From assembly GCF_006345805.1 (NCBI RefSeq), contig NC_043005.1, forward strand, positions 80,972,001 to 81,036,000: 64,000 nt of DNA. Direction: 5' to 3'. Origin of the DNA: Octopus sinensis (taxonomy: Eukaryota). Both the position numbers and the translations under genes were made by a program. Positions 9,046 to 22,190 of the stretch are shown piece after piece. How positions within the stretch are numbered: position 1 is the stretch's first letter; each line of letters opens with the position of its first letter. The notes below the pieces were generated by a model that had not been told where the DNA came from, made no database searches, and saw only the letters and a program-made list of their open reading frames with translations.

Positions 9046-11284
9046 TATACTACAATATATATAATTCGGTATATAACTGACGTAACTGGAATATACTTCA
9101 CAAACCATACAGTTGAAGTAATTGACCGGAGAAATCTTCCCTTACACACGTAATGTGCTAAAAGCACAAAATTATTGAGTAGCAACGGAAAAGCATACAG
9201 CAGCAATGGTGGAAATGTTGAATCGTGACTTCTGTGCTCCTGCACATCATTAGCAACGAGTATCTTCCATCAAGTTTTGCTTTTGCTGATAGAACAATCT
9301 CTGGTATCGCAGATACTTGTCAACCTGGATAAAAGTTCGATATTAAAATCAGAAGCAGTATATATTTTATATTTACGTACTCACATGCATACGTAAATAC
9401 ATACATACGTGTAAATGTATATTTCCTAGTGTATATACAATCATGTACATGTATGTATATAAGCATATATGTTTGCGTTTGTGTTGCGTTATTCCAAGAT
9501 TTTGCTTCAGTTTTGCTTCAGACATTTCGATGCAGTCCATTATTTTCTGAGTTGAAACAAGTCTGTGCTAGTCGTTCGTCTCCATCAGTTCAAGGATAGA
9601 TCAACTAAAACCTAGATCAAATTACTAACCAAATTACTAACCCTCGACCAAATTACTTTATGTTACGCATGTACCAATTTTGCTTCTTGAGTTTTTGTTA
9701 GAAATCAATACATCGTGTTCTGCAGTCCGGTATTAGTTATTGCGACAGAAAGATATCTCGATACAAACAATCATGCCACACATAAAAACTGATGTTGAAT
9801 GTCACTGGGCAACTTTCATTCCTTCTGCTTAGGATATATCTGATAGTGTACCAGTCATACACTGAGATATATCTGATGGGATATGTTACACCTCACTTAT
9901 ACTCAATTAGATCTGGGTTCTATCAAATAAGGTACCAGTCCATGATGAATGTCTATTTAATGTTCCATATTTAAATATACACATTTTTCATACACAAAAT
10001 ATGTGGCATTTTGGCAATTTCAGATATCAAAACTGTGTTCTTCGTTCGAAATAAACTTTTGAGCCTTGAATAGAATCGCTTGCGGGGTTTTCTTAAGCCA
10101 CTTTACGGCTCGAATTTTAGATCATATTGCATTCGATTTTTTTCGAACCGTTCAAGCGATGTCAATGAAATTAAGTTCCAATCAAGAAGGATAACCCACC
10201 TTAATCGATTGTACCACGACCCCGCCTTGTATCTTGGTGATTTTGTATTTACCTTAAATGTCGATAAATAACTAGCAATTTAGTGATAATTTCATGAAAT
10301 GCCCTCATCTCGCTCTCGCCTCGAGCTTAATTGACAATTCAATAATGTTTTTTTCTTCTTTTTAGTAGAACAGTTCATTCTTATTTGTTCTCACTAAAGC
10401 TAGCAATGAAGATTGGGTGCAGTATTACCGAGAACTAATACTTTCGATATACCGCTGTTCTGTTCACATAGTTATTTATATTTCATTTAGTTCTGAGCGT
10501 GAACCAGATGTAAGCACTAACATTCTACATTTCCTTTTCAACTTAGTGTTCATAATTTATGATTTACTATCAGAATGTTATCTAATATAGCAAAAGTTGC
10601 AGAAATTATATATCACTTTAAGTTATACACGAAAATCTTCTAACGCCGTGTCTATGCGGAAAGGTGTTGCCAATAAATTTATATATATGATCATATATAA
10701 TTCTTTAGATATAATCTCATCACGGTAAGAACGAAACTAACAGGGTTTCAAAGTTGTAAATATCTCATTACAGCTAAATATTTGGTGAGTTAATAGGTTT
10801 TAAGTGGACATAATACTGTTAGAATCTAGTTCTCATGGTGGTCATGATAATTTCGATTGTAGTAATACATTGGAAATTGAGCTGTCATACATGTCCAAAC
10901 GGAATTGGCCTCAATGTTGAATCACACTGATAATTTATAGGCACTAATGTTATTCTCATCAACTCATTCAGATAAGGATCAATAAAGACTCAAAGGTTGC
11001 TTAAACATCGCAATCCAGAGCAATGCAGATGTGTCAATACAGCAGTAAATAACTCTCGTTTCGTCAACCATATTTCCCTAGTTACAGTCTTGTCTTTATC
11101 ATATTGGTGCTGGCCACAAGTATTCAGACGAAGTTCACGTAACCAGAAATAAAGCAAACGTTTGTTGGTTTAAGGCTAATTTTCCCCCCGTATATTTACT
11201 GAAATTTCGGCAAAATAATTGGTTCTTTTAAATGACCACACATTTGACCCTTAAGTTATAGACATAGGGTCTTTATAATTTGAT

Positions 11285-11645
11285 GCTTACTTGTGTGCGG
11301 CCATGCCGGAGCACCACCACGAAGAATTTATAGTCGAATGTATAGTCTCCGAATTAAATTTTTTAAAGCCTGGTACTTATTATATCGGTCTCTTTTGCCG
11401 AACCGCTAGGTTAGAAGGATGTGAACACACCGCCACCTGTCATAATACTATGGGGAGGCAGAAACTCAGACAACAAGTTACACATATACATACAGGCTTC
11501 TTTCAATTTTCATCTACCAATCCACTCACAAGGCATTTGTTCGACCCGAGTCTCTAGCAGAAGACACTTTCCCAAGGTGCACATAGTAGGATTGAAACTA
11601 GAACTATGTAGCTGGGAAGCAAGTTTCTCACCACACAGCCACCTC
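11285..11645 (-). mobile_element. SINE family C copy (degraded)
   Basis: gcggccatgccggagcacc...aaccgcta...tccactcacaaggc.tt.g.tcg.cccgag...gaagacactt.cccaaggtgc.aca...accacacagcc. Confidence 0.85.
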
Positions 11646-11834
11646 TGAAAATAATATTATTATAGTTATCGTAAAATAAAAGTTTTATCATTTTTAATTA
11701 TAAAATGACCATTGTTTACAAATGTAGATATGATTAAACTAAGAAATACAGCAGATAACAACTATAACAGTGATTACTAGAATAATAATGATAAAAGGGA
11801 GCATTTACCAATCATTAATATCATTAGTCTCAGG

Positions 11835-12045
11835 AAGGTGGTAAGTTTGAAGAATCGTTAGCACGCCGGACAAAATGTTTAAGAGCATTCTGTTTGTCTC
11901 AACGGCCAAATTCTTTCGAGGTCGACTTTACCTTGTATCCCGTCGGAGTCAATAAATTAAGTATCAGTTGAGCTCTGAGGATGATATAATCGTCCTATCT
12001 CCTCACCTACAATTGCTGGCCTTGTGCCAAAATCTGAAACCGATA
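11835..12045 (+). mobile_element. SINE family A copy (degraded)
   Basis: gaatcgttagcacgccggac.aaatg...gaggtcgacttt.cctt..atcc..tcgg.gtc.ataaattaagta.cag. Confidence 0.85.
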
Positions 12046-14296
12046 TCATTAGTCTAAGAATAATTGTGGCTGTAGAAAGTGTTTAGTAATATGATTTCTG
12101 TGACTGATGATGAGCAGAATGTTTTGCAATGTTTGACTAGCTTCATAAAAGAACCTGATCATCTTTCTTGCTGCAGTACTTTTATTCGTTCGTAGGGAAA
12201 TTCTGAGGAACTGCGCAAAAACCTTTCTGGACTCTATCAGATGATGAGATGGCAATAAGAATTATTGGTTTTAATCTATAATAAAGTAAATGTCATTCTA
12301 CAGTGAAGCCACATTTCACATAAGCCATAATTTAATAATCCCTGTATTTGTGGCACAATAGCGGTTTTCTGAAAATCAAATTATTGGTTCGTGTTTCATA
12401 GATTGGTTTTTAACCCGGTGAGAATATTAGTTGAGTCATAAACTCGTATCTTAAAACCATTTATCATTTGTTATATAGGGATATACATGAGTGAGATTTT
12501 CATTGTTACAGAAATGATTTTCATAAATGGGAACTAAAGCTCCGTCAAACATTTTGCTTATGAAATTCTTTTTTTGAATTAGATTGAGATGTTTTCCCTG
12601 CTGATATATCCCGACCAATAAAGTAAATGTGCTTAGTTATTCACAACAACTTGTATATAAAGATTCAATGAAAGTGTCAAAAAGCTAGAATCCATTTGAT
12701 TACCCACGGACTTCTGTATGTAAAACATGTGTTTCAAAATTTTCATTCTTTTGTCCAAATCAATAAATAAATAGTCTAACACACAACGTGCAAAATTTGG
12801 TCCTTAAAGGCTACTAGAAGAGCATAATGATATATTTCGGGTAATAGAGGTTCATCATACATACGAAGAGGATAGTTTGATTTTTTGTAAATGCTTTCAA
12901 TAGTATACAGAAGAAAACAAACATATTTTTTCATTTGGGGATTTTTTAACATGCAAAACTTACACTTGATTAATGCAATTGTTTTCTAAAACTATACATT
13001 AGGAGTTCCATGTGAAACTGAATTTCCAGATCCTCCATCGTTGTATCAATTCAGCCTTATAGAAGGAAACCAGGTGTAAAATATCAATATTTTCTCTAAT
13101 GATTCTAATGATCGAAGTAATAATTTCAGAAACAGATGGCAATATTAGTGCCTTTCAAATCAATATCAATGACGCTGAATTCCGATTTTACGAGATATAA
13201 ATTATATTGCATACGTTCAAAGAGACGCTGTGTAGAAACTTATATTCTGTAACAATTTTGGAAACACTGAGGTAAAATAATTAAAAGAAAAAAGAACGAA
13301 TATAATTTGCTTGTAAATCGCGACACATTGTGTAAAAAAAGAAGCTTGTAGTGAAAACACATTTAATTTATAGCATTCTCCATATATCTATCATGTGTAT
13401 GAAGCTCTGCGGTAAAACCTCGACATACTTTTGTACTGACCTGTTGTATTGAGAAACAATTGCTAAGAATCAAATCGATCTACTCAAACGCTAGCTTCAG
13501 TATTCCAAAGCACAAGTTTATGCGTGACCACATTTATTGCAAATGCTTGTTTCCAGCTTTCAACGAAGGTACACTATAAGGCTCCTCGACCGGAACCCAT
13601 TTATGTGCAAAATAGAAGAACGAAAAGAAAAATTGAATTATAGGCTACTATCACTGAGTTACAAGTTACAAAATAACGAAGTAAAGAACATTTTTTTTTT
13701 TTGAAAATCAAAGCTAGTGGGAATTGCAGTTACAATGCAGTATGGAATTTCCTTTCTTGTGGAATGAAACCAAACTATTTTTATTGATTTTTCTATCTTC
13801 GTATAGAGTGGAGAAAGGTTTTGATGCAGTAACCCACATTTTGATCTGGAATGGAAGCAGAATGGAAATAGTACAGCGTGCTGCTTTATGACTACTTCTA
13901 TCGAAGTTTAAACCAAACATTGCAGAGGTTGCTGCTAGTTATCACCAGCAGGGATCGCGTTAATAAATTGTGTTATTTAATTTATTCTTCTTTTAATCAA
14001 TATAAATAAACGATATCCGCTTTGTTAATTAACTTTAATGACATTTACAAGTAATATATATATTTAAGAAAATTTAGAAATATATTGCTGCGCAGGAGCC
14101 CAATATGAACTTGAATAGACGAGAGATCACGTAAATGTTTCCGATGTTGTTGTAGCTGTTATCTTAATCATAATTAAATCTTATCTAGAATACTAGTTAT
14201 TATCAGTTTGATCAACTTAACAAGCAAGATATATTAAGTCAATTTAAGAATATAGTATTGCAACGTCCGAGGTGGAATGAGATGAGGGGCAGATAT

Positions 14297-15278
14297 TATT
14301 GGGTTCCCGCGGTTTTTTAAATTTTGGAATTTATTGCGTTTTTGAATTTTGGAATCTATTTTCTCGAGAATTCTATTTTTGAATCAGTTTAGAATATATT
14401 TTGATTTTCTTTTCTAGTTAATTTTAGATAACTTTTGTTTATTTTCAGGTCATTAAAAGGGAATGTCAAGTTATTAAAAACGGGCATTTTCGACACTACC
14501 TTGCTTTTAATCAAGGTTCTGAGGCCGCAAAAGCTGCTCGTGACATTTGTGTTGTGTATGCAGTAGCTTGCACGAAAATTCTAGTTAAACGACAAGGGAA
14601 TTGGCAGAGAAAATGGAATGCTCCCACACTGCTATAGAAAAGCATCTTCACTCGATGGGAAAGATTCAGAAGTATGGGGCACGGGTTCCGCATGCTTTAA
14701 GTGACAACAAAATTCAACGAGCCACAATCTCCGCTGGAATGCTCGCTCGTCATCGCTCAACTCATGGACACAAGCAACGATTTCTTTACCGAATCGTTAC
14801 TGATGACAAAAAATGGTGCCTGTGTATCAATATGAAGCAGCGTAAGGAATGGCTTAGCGCCGGAAAACAAGCGACACCACTCATAAAACAAGATTTTCAT
14901 CCGCATAAAACGATGTGCGTATTGTGGGACTGAGAAGGGATTATCCATCATGAATTGCTTCAACGGAATCAAACGGTCAACGCGGAACTCTATGTTATAC
15001 ACATGAAACGACTCAATATGGCTATTCAAGAGAAAAGATCTAATCGGCAGCATGGAGTTCTGCTGCACGACAACGCCCGTGCTCATATCGCCAATATGAC
15101 CAAGGAATCCATTCAAACGCATGGCTGGGAAGTGCTGCCACACCCGCCGTACTTTCCTCATTTGACACCAACGGATTTCCACTTCTTTCGCTCTCTTTCA
15201 AATACTATGCGCGGATTTTCGTTCAATACTGATGCAGAACTGAGAGCTTGGTTGGATCGATTTTTCGAGTCAAAATAA
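14297..15278 (+). pseudogene. Mariner (Tc1/mariner, DD34D) transposase pseudogene with a partial 5' TIR, an internal deletion and a 3' truncation
   Basis: Translated motifs RVPHAL (WVPHEL), RIVTDDKKW (TGDEKW), HDNARAH and HPPYFPHLTPTDFHFFRSL (YSPDLAPSDYHLF), split by a stop/frameshift near 14933-14955. The N-terminus ECQVIKNGHFRHY..FNQGSEAAKAARDICVVY at 14461-14560 joins directly to HENS*TTRELAEKM. TIR-like tattgggtt at 14297. Confidence 0.95.
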
Positions 15279-15633
15279 TATATATTTCCCAGATATAATA
15301 TATATTTCCCAGATTTCTCTCTGGATTATTTTAAATCTCAGATCAATATTTTCGAATCTAAGATCAATAACATATTTTTACCAAGAGTAAAATTGCTGAT
15401 GTCGAACGCCTTCAAGAGTGCAAAAAAAACCTTCTTGTGTATTCAAGTGTATAGGTCTATGTGGAGCACAATTATTAGAAATGGTAACTGAAATATTTCC
15501 AATTGTTTGAACCGTCATATATAACAACATTTCATTTAAATAGTAATATATAACAAATTTATCTCCAGTTTTAGACACGGAAAATACTTCTTAATTATTC
15601 TTAAATATATTTTGAAATCATACGTTATATAAA

Positions 15634-15803
15634 GTACATTATTTACATTACTTACGTTATTTTCATTATTTAAATTCGATGGATATTTGTCCTCATCTTG
15701 TTTGTTGTTTACACAACGTTTCGCTTGATATACTTTCCAGCCTTCTTTAAGGAACAAGATGAAGACAAATATCCGTCGAATGTAAATAATGTAAATACTG
15801 TAC
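15634..15803. repeat. Short fold-back IR-4 with a decayed hammerhead in its loop (minus strand, about 15711-15752)
   Basis: Arms tcgatggatatttgtcctcatcttgtt (about 15676-15702) / aacaagatgaagacaaatatccgtcga (about 15753-15779), plus outer tacattatttacatt repeats. The loop on minus reads ccUUAAAGA-A-GGCUG-gaaaguauau-CAAGC-GAAA-CG-UU-GUGU. Confidence 0.75.
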
Positions 15804-16521
15804 ATAATTACTCATCTCTTAAATATAGAACTGTATTATATAAAGTATGTGTGAACTCACTATATTCATAATTTTCTACGAGTTTGGGGTTGAATTTACT
15901 AAAATATGCTTGTTAAGGTGGGCGATAATTACTGAGTTGCAAAATTTTGGAGTGAATGACAAATAAGTTGGTATAATGTGTAATTATATTTTATAAAACA
16001 GCAATTTTAGAGTATTTCTTTACAAAATTAGTAGCGTTTGTAAAATATGGTGTTGTTTATATTTCTGTTTACCTTTCTCTTAATTGCAACAGCATGTCTG
16101 CTTATAATGATATACACATAGTAACACAGACAGACTTTGAGGCAGACGGCTTTATCCATTTTTGTGTCTTCTGTAGATTTCAAATCAATGTGAAATACTA
16201 TCATTAATGAAACGTGGTGAGCTAATTGAATAATCGCCAAAATGGCTGAGTCGTTAGAGCATCAACTTTGCATTTCAGTGTGACGATGAGTTTACAATAC
16301 GTATATCGTGTACTTGACCACACATATATTCAAATGCCTTTGCAGGCCCCTATTTCTATTGTTACTACGTCGTACGTTTTCACACATTATTATAAATCGT
16401 CCACTGAATAGGGCACGACAGCCAATCGTATTCCTAGCCACATTTGATGACTGGGCTTATATGGTTTTATCAAAGTATCGAAACTTATCTATTGACATTG
16501 AGGTATCTGTAATATTGGTTT

Positions 16522-17298
16522 AAAATTTTGGCAGGGGCCCAGTAATTTCGGGACAGCGTGTAATTCGATTATACCGACCACAGTGTTCAACTGGTACTTA
16601 TTTTATGAACAAAGTCAGCTTTAGCGGAATTTGAGTTCAGAACGTAAGACGGATGAAATGAGGTTAAGCATTTTCTCTGACGTGCAAACGATTCTTTCAG
16701 CTCGCCAACTTTCAGTATCTATAATACCCTTTCTTTTATAGGCACAAGGTCAGGAATTTCTTGGGGAAGGAATTAGACAATTACATCAACCCCATTACTT
16801 GCCTGGTGCTTAGCTCATCGAATCCGAAAGGCATAGTCAACCTCAGCGTATTTTGAACTCAGAATGTAGCGACAGACAAACTAATGGCTAAGCATTCCGT
16901 CCGATGTGCTAACAATTCTACCAACTCCTCACATCTAGATATCTATAATGTCAGTATGAATATTTTTCAAGGCATCATCTGTATTGTGTAGTTGAACAAA
17001 AGATTAGCAAAAAGTATTTTGCGTCTGAGGAACAACAGTTCATCACAAGATTGCAGTATTTTCTTCAAACGAAGCACCAAAAAATCGTTTCTCCTATAGA
17101 CATATGGCCTAAAATTTTGGGGGAGTGGGCCAGTAGATTAGATCGACCACAGTAAGAAACTAGTACTTAATTTATCGACCCCGAGGGGATGAAAGGCAAA
17201 GTCGACCTCGGTGGAATTTGAACTCAGAACGTAAGGGCAGACGAAATACCGCTAAGCATTTTGTCCGGCGTGCCAACGTTTCTGCCAGCTCGCCGCCT
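16522..17298 (-). mobile_element. Three consecutive SINE family A copies (16522-16710, 16732-16932, 17090-17298)
   Basis: Each has ...ggaatttgaactcagaacgta...gctaagcatt...ctgccagctcgcc, with decreasing decay left to right. Confidence 0.9.
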
Positions 17299-17317
17299 TG
17301 GAACACCAAATAATATT

Positions 17318-17720
17318 TATTTATTTATTGCTCACAGGGGGCTAAACATAAAGGGACAAAGAAAGGGAATAAGTCGATTACATCGTCCCCAGTTCGTAAG
17401 TGGTGCTTATTTAATCGACACCGAAAGGATGAAAGGAAAAGTCAACCTCGGCGGAATTTGAACTCAGAACATAAAGAAAGACGAAATACCTATTTTTTTT
17501 ACTACCCACAAGGGGCTAAACACAGAGAACAAGCAAGGACAGACAAACGGATTAAGTCGATTATATCGACCCCAGTGCGTAACTGGTACTAATTTAATCG
17601 ACCCCGAAAGGATGAAAGGCAAAGTTGACCTCGGTGGAATTTGAACTCAGAACGTAACGGCAGACCAAATACCGCTAAGCATTTCGCCCGGCGTGCTAAC
17701 GATTCTGCCAGCTCGCCGCC
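17318..17720 (-). mobile_element. SINE family A dimer with an approximately 20-bp target-site duplication
   Basis: One head plus two body modules; flanked by ttggaacaccaaataatatt (17298-17317) and ttgaaacaccacataatatt (17721-17740). Confidence 0.9.
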
Positions 17721-18904
17721 TTGAAACACCACATAATATTGACATGTTCATGAAAGACAAAATACGGAACTTTTAGTGACTATCAAACTCACCACCAACT
17801 GACGTACTTTAAAATGAGAACTGGAAGTACTTCAGGCATATTTTGCAAATTCTCAAGTCTATCGATTCTACGAATTCCAGTAGAATAAGTAATAATGAAA
17901 ATGCTGATTTTACCCACCCATTTGGAAATAGTAAAATAGTAAAATTTATATGTGTCACTCATGCTAACTTTATAAAATTAAAATGACTTTTTAGTAAATT
18001 ATTTCACTTAAATCCAGGGTGAGGTGCGCTTTTGCTTATTGATTTAAATGGAAACAGTCATCGAAGCAAGATAAAAGCGTATATGTAAATTGCAATAAGT
18101 AAATACGCCCAAGGTTTGATCATTAAAGCCACGTGCAGAAATTTCGCAGAAATAGTTGAACTTAAATTCATATATAAAATGAAACTGGAATTCACTTCAA
18201 AGTGATTGATTTTTCTTAAATTGAATTTATTTCAACACTAGTAATGTGTGTTAGTCGTTTCCATTTTCTCGCACTTAGCATAACAGCAAAAACATTTTAA
18301 TTAATTCTTTTATCTTTTACTCTCAATCATGGACTGCAGCCAATCTCATGCATTTCGAACGTCCTCGAAAGTCTTATAAAATCAAGTTTAGGCAAAACTC
18401 ATGTAAATCACCCCACCCCCACACACACAAAGTCACACAATCTCACACACACTTTAGTGATGTAATTATTTCTGCCATTAGGCTGTAAAACTGCGAACTG
18501 ATAAAGTGAGTTGAGCTTAATCCAAGGTGCTAGGTGAGAGTCACTTACGAGCATTACTATAAATGCGAAATCACTGGGATCTCGCTATTCCTAGGGACTG
18601 AATGAGCTCGCCTTACGTGTCATTCATCAAGATAAGTGTTTCTTGTGGCTATGAGTTGTTTTAACTCTTATTTCTAGCGATACCTGCACTGAATTGTGTC
18701 CTCAGTTTTCTTATATTTTGGCCTCATTCCTGACAAAATTTTTGCCGGTATCTCGAGTATGGTAACAATATATTATATATAATGGCCGAAATTACGTTTG
18801 CCCCTCTGACCGATAACTGATGAGAAGTTGGTGACTTTCTGTGTTTTCTCTTCACCTCTGTATTTAGTACATGTTTGTGTGCTTATTCACTACACCATTT
18901 TGTG

Positions 18905-18935
18905 ATGTATATATATATATATATGTGTGTGTGTA

Positions 18936-18976
<41 letters not shown>

Positions 18977-19141
18977 ATTTATATATGTATATATGCATAT
19001 ATATAGGTAGCCTATATTTTCTGTTTGTTGACTTCTTTTTATTTAATTCTGAATATATACATACACACAAATACACATATACAAACAAGCACAAACACAC
19101 ATATACACACACACATACATACACACACACACATACACACA

Positions 19142-19172
<31 letters not shown>

Positions 19173-19180
19173 CCACACAC

Positions 19181-19262
<82 letters not shown>
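18905..19262. repeat. Compound (TA)/(TG)/(CA) microsatellite
   Basis: Directly visible. Confidence 0.95.
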
Positions 19263-19265
<3 letters not shown>

Positions 19266-19614
19266 GGCGTGTAATGACTAAGATCCCCGTATGAATTCCA
19301 TGTAGTCAGTTTTCTTATATTTACACTGCATAAGTATATATTTTTCAACGAACTTGATATATCTCTCTGTTAGAAAATTACTTGTTAGAAAAGTCAGAAA
19401 AGTACTTGTAGAGGCAGCCATGTGTATTTAAAGTATTGAATCATGTGGTCCAACCGACATTATCCGTGTTTAAAGAAACTGAACTTAAAAGAACTTGAGA
19501 GTTGTAGTGAAAAGAGAATATATCATTACAGTTTAATATTTAATCCTAAAAGAAGTGTATTTTGCTATATTTACAACAACCTTCCACTGAATATTTATCT
19601 TTGTAGCTGCATAT

Positions 19615-19942
19615 ATGCTCTGAGACATCATCATGGTCGTCATTACCGTCGTCATCACCATCATCATCATCATCATTGTCGTCATCATTATCATTATCAT
19701 CATCATCATTTTCTTCGACTCCATCTTTCTCCTCCTCATCATCACCAGTGGTAATAGAGGGCCAAGCGGTGGCGGCAGCCGCATCAACTTCAATCGCCAT
19801 CATTAACACAATCCTCCTTATTATGAGCAGTACCATCACCTTCATCGCCATAGTACATCGTCACATCTATTTCTCAAACAACACCACCTCCACGACAACC
19901 ACCACCACAACCGCCACCATCACCACTACCATCATCACTACT
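19615..19942. repeat. (CAT/CAC)n low-complexity tract
   Basis: Directly visible; source of the poly-H/D/S ORFs. Confidence 0.9.
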
Positions 19943-20327
19943 TGATGGAAGCACTCCGTCGGTTACGACGACGAGGGTTCCGGTTGATCCGAATCAACGG
20001 AACAGCCTGCTCGTGAAATTAACGTGTAAGTGGCTGAGCACTCCACAGACACTTGTACCCTTAACGTAGTTCTCGGGGAGATTCAGCGTGACACAGAGAG
20101 TGACAAGGCCGGCCCTTTGAAATACAGGCACAACGGAAACAGGAAGTAAGAGTGAGAGAAAGTTGTGGTGCAAGAGTACAGCAGGGATCACCACCATCCC
20201 CTGCCGGAGCCTCGTGGAGCTTTAGGTGTTTTCGCTCAATAAACGCTCACAACGCCCGGTCTGGGAATCGAAACCGCGATCCTATGACCGCGAGTCCGCT
20301 GCCCTAACCACTGGGCCATTGCGCCTC
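19943..20327 (-). mobile_element. Full-length SINE family B (tRNA-derived) with a 14-bp TSD
   Basis: The minus strand starts ggaggcgcaatggcccagtggttagggcagcggactcgcggtc.taggatcgcggtttcgattcccagacc (tRNA-like, A and B boxes). TSD ccatcatcactact at 19929-19942 and 20328-20341. Confidence 0.95.
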
Positions 20328-21059
20328 CCATCATCACTACTAACCCCACTCTTATCAACGTCGTCCGTCGTTGTCATCATCATCATCATCATCATCATCA
20401 CTTCCCAAAAGTTCATTACCCACCAGCACTCCCTACATTTTTTTCATTACGATTTCACAACGACACCGATAACTCAACATTTACGAACCAATCGCATCAA
20501 AATCCAGAAATAGGACACATCTGAATATTGTCATGGAACGCAATGTTGCTATTTATCTATTCATAACTAATCTATCAATGTCCTTATAAAACTCGTTATT
20601 TATTACAACAGCTGTTTATATCGGAAATTTAATTATCGGCATATTCATCATATTTCTATATTTACGATTGAAACATCTTCCATTTTGAGAACGTTTCTAC
20701 ACAACGTTATAGTTATGTACTACTGACAGTATTATAATGTTGTACCATTGATACTATTATAGTTTTATAGTGTTGTAATTTCTTTTTAGAAAATTATATC
20801 ATGCATTTTATGTACTTTTACAGACAACCTTATGTCACTTCAGCAAACAACATTTCCAGAGTAATTTCAAACTGGGATATCTTAAGTTGAGTGCTATTTC
20901 ATACGCGTATTACGTTGATGTCTATACGTTAGCGCTACACAACGTTGCGTCCGTTATAGTTTCTTAAGCGGAGAAGATAATTTTAAAATGACAGAAGTAT
21001 TGTCTTACAAAACACTTTTAGCACTGCAAGGAGACGTTAAACTATTCTCTTCTGTTTTT

Positions 21060-21293
21060 TCATTGTTTCAATCATGAGCTGCGGCCATGCTGAGGCACCA
21101 CCTTCAAAGTTGTTTTTTAGTCGAACAAATCGATCCCTAGGCTTATTATTTTGTCAAGTATGGTACTTATTCTATCGGTCACTTTTGCCGAACCGCTAAT
21201 TTACAGGGATGTAAACACAGAAACACCGGTTGTCAAGCGGCGATGGTGGGGAGACAAACACAGACACACACAGACACACACACACACACAGAC

Positions 21294-21340
<47 letters not shown>

Positions 21341-21460
21341 CGACGAGCTTCTTTCAGTTTCCCTTTACCAAATCCATTCACAAGATTTTCGTTGGCCCGA
21401 GGCTATAGTAGAATACACTATCCAAATGCGCCACGCAGTGGAACTGAATCCGAAACCATG
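21060..21460 (-). mobile_element. SINE family C copy with an internal (CA)n
   Basis: gctgcggccatgctg.ggcacc...ttttgccgaaccgctaa...ccggttgtcaagc...aaatccattcacaag...ccacgcagtggaactgaa. Confidence 0.9.
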
Positions 21461-21896
21461 CGTACATACGCACGCACGCACACACACACACATGTATATA
21501 TATGAGGACGAGGCAGATATTCAAATAAAGCATCTCGCGTTTCGTACATCGGAATTAGACGAAATATAAGAAAACTAAGAGCATAAAAAATGGAGAAAAA
21601 AACATGCTCAGCAATATTTCTGTGCCCGGGTCTCTTTCGTGTGCTGCGCTTAATAGTCACCAACATAGACATCTAATCAAACAAAAAAAATTATGGCATT
21701 ATGTTCACCAAAATATATTGTATTATGTAAAAACGTGTAAGAAAATTGGGTATCTCATACGTTCTTAATATATCAAAAGAAATGTAATATATTAATATAT
21801 ATAGGAATATACATCCGTGTAGTTTCGTTCAGACGCGTAGCATCGTTAGTAATGACAACTCAAAGACGTTTAATTGTATTTCGCAATTAATGAGCC

Positions 21897-22190
21897 ACTG
21901 TAGGAAACAATTATTTTAGGAGTCATTAATGATCCCCATAAGACACAAGTTGACAGCTGTCGAATAAATGGTTGTGCTTTGTGCGCAGGTGCACGCATGT
22001 GTACGTATATGTAGGCGTATGCATATATATGGCTATAGAGACTCGTACTTCTGAATGTATATGGATATGTGTTATATAATATATAAATCTCTTTCCCGAA
22101 TGCTTCATTGAATTTCATGCTAAAGCAATTGACCTGTTCCCAGACAATAAACAAACTCCGTCACTGGAGTTTATCGAATAACAACAGCAG
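21897..22190. repeat. Approximately 300-bp dispersed direct repeat, copy 1
   Basis: cactgtaggaaac...tttatcgaataacaacagc; about 90% identical by eye to 30387-30680. Confidence 0.93.

Noticed and set aside
13760-13900. VEKGFDAVTHILIW resembling the LINE RT motif DxEKAFDxV
   Set aside because: Single short motif with no flanking support; may be a very old relic.
16522-17740. Regularly recurring repeats suggesting a CRISPR array
   Set aside because: The units are 170-200-bp SINE modules in a eukaryotic context, with no short repeat/unique spacer structure and no cas genes.
19943-20327. tRNA gene call for the tRNA-like heads of family B (also 47418-47805, 23890)
   Set aside because: The heads continue into a repeated body with TSDs and lack a complete cloverleaf acceptor stem, so they are SINEs, not tRNA genes.
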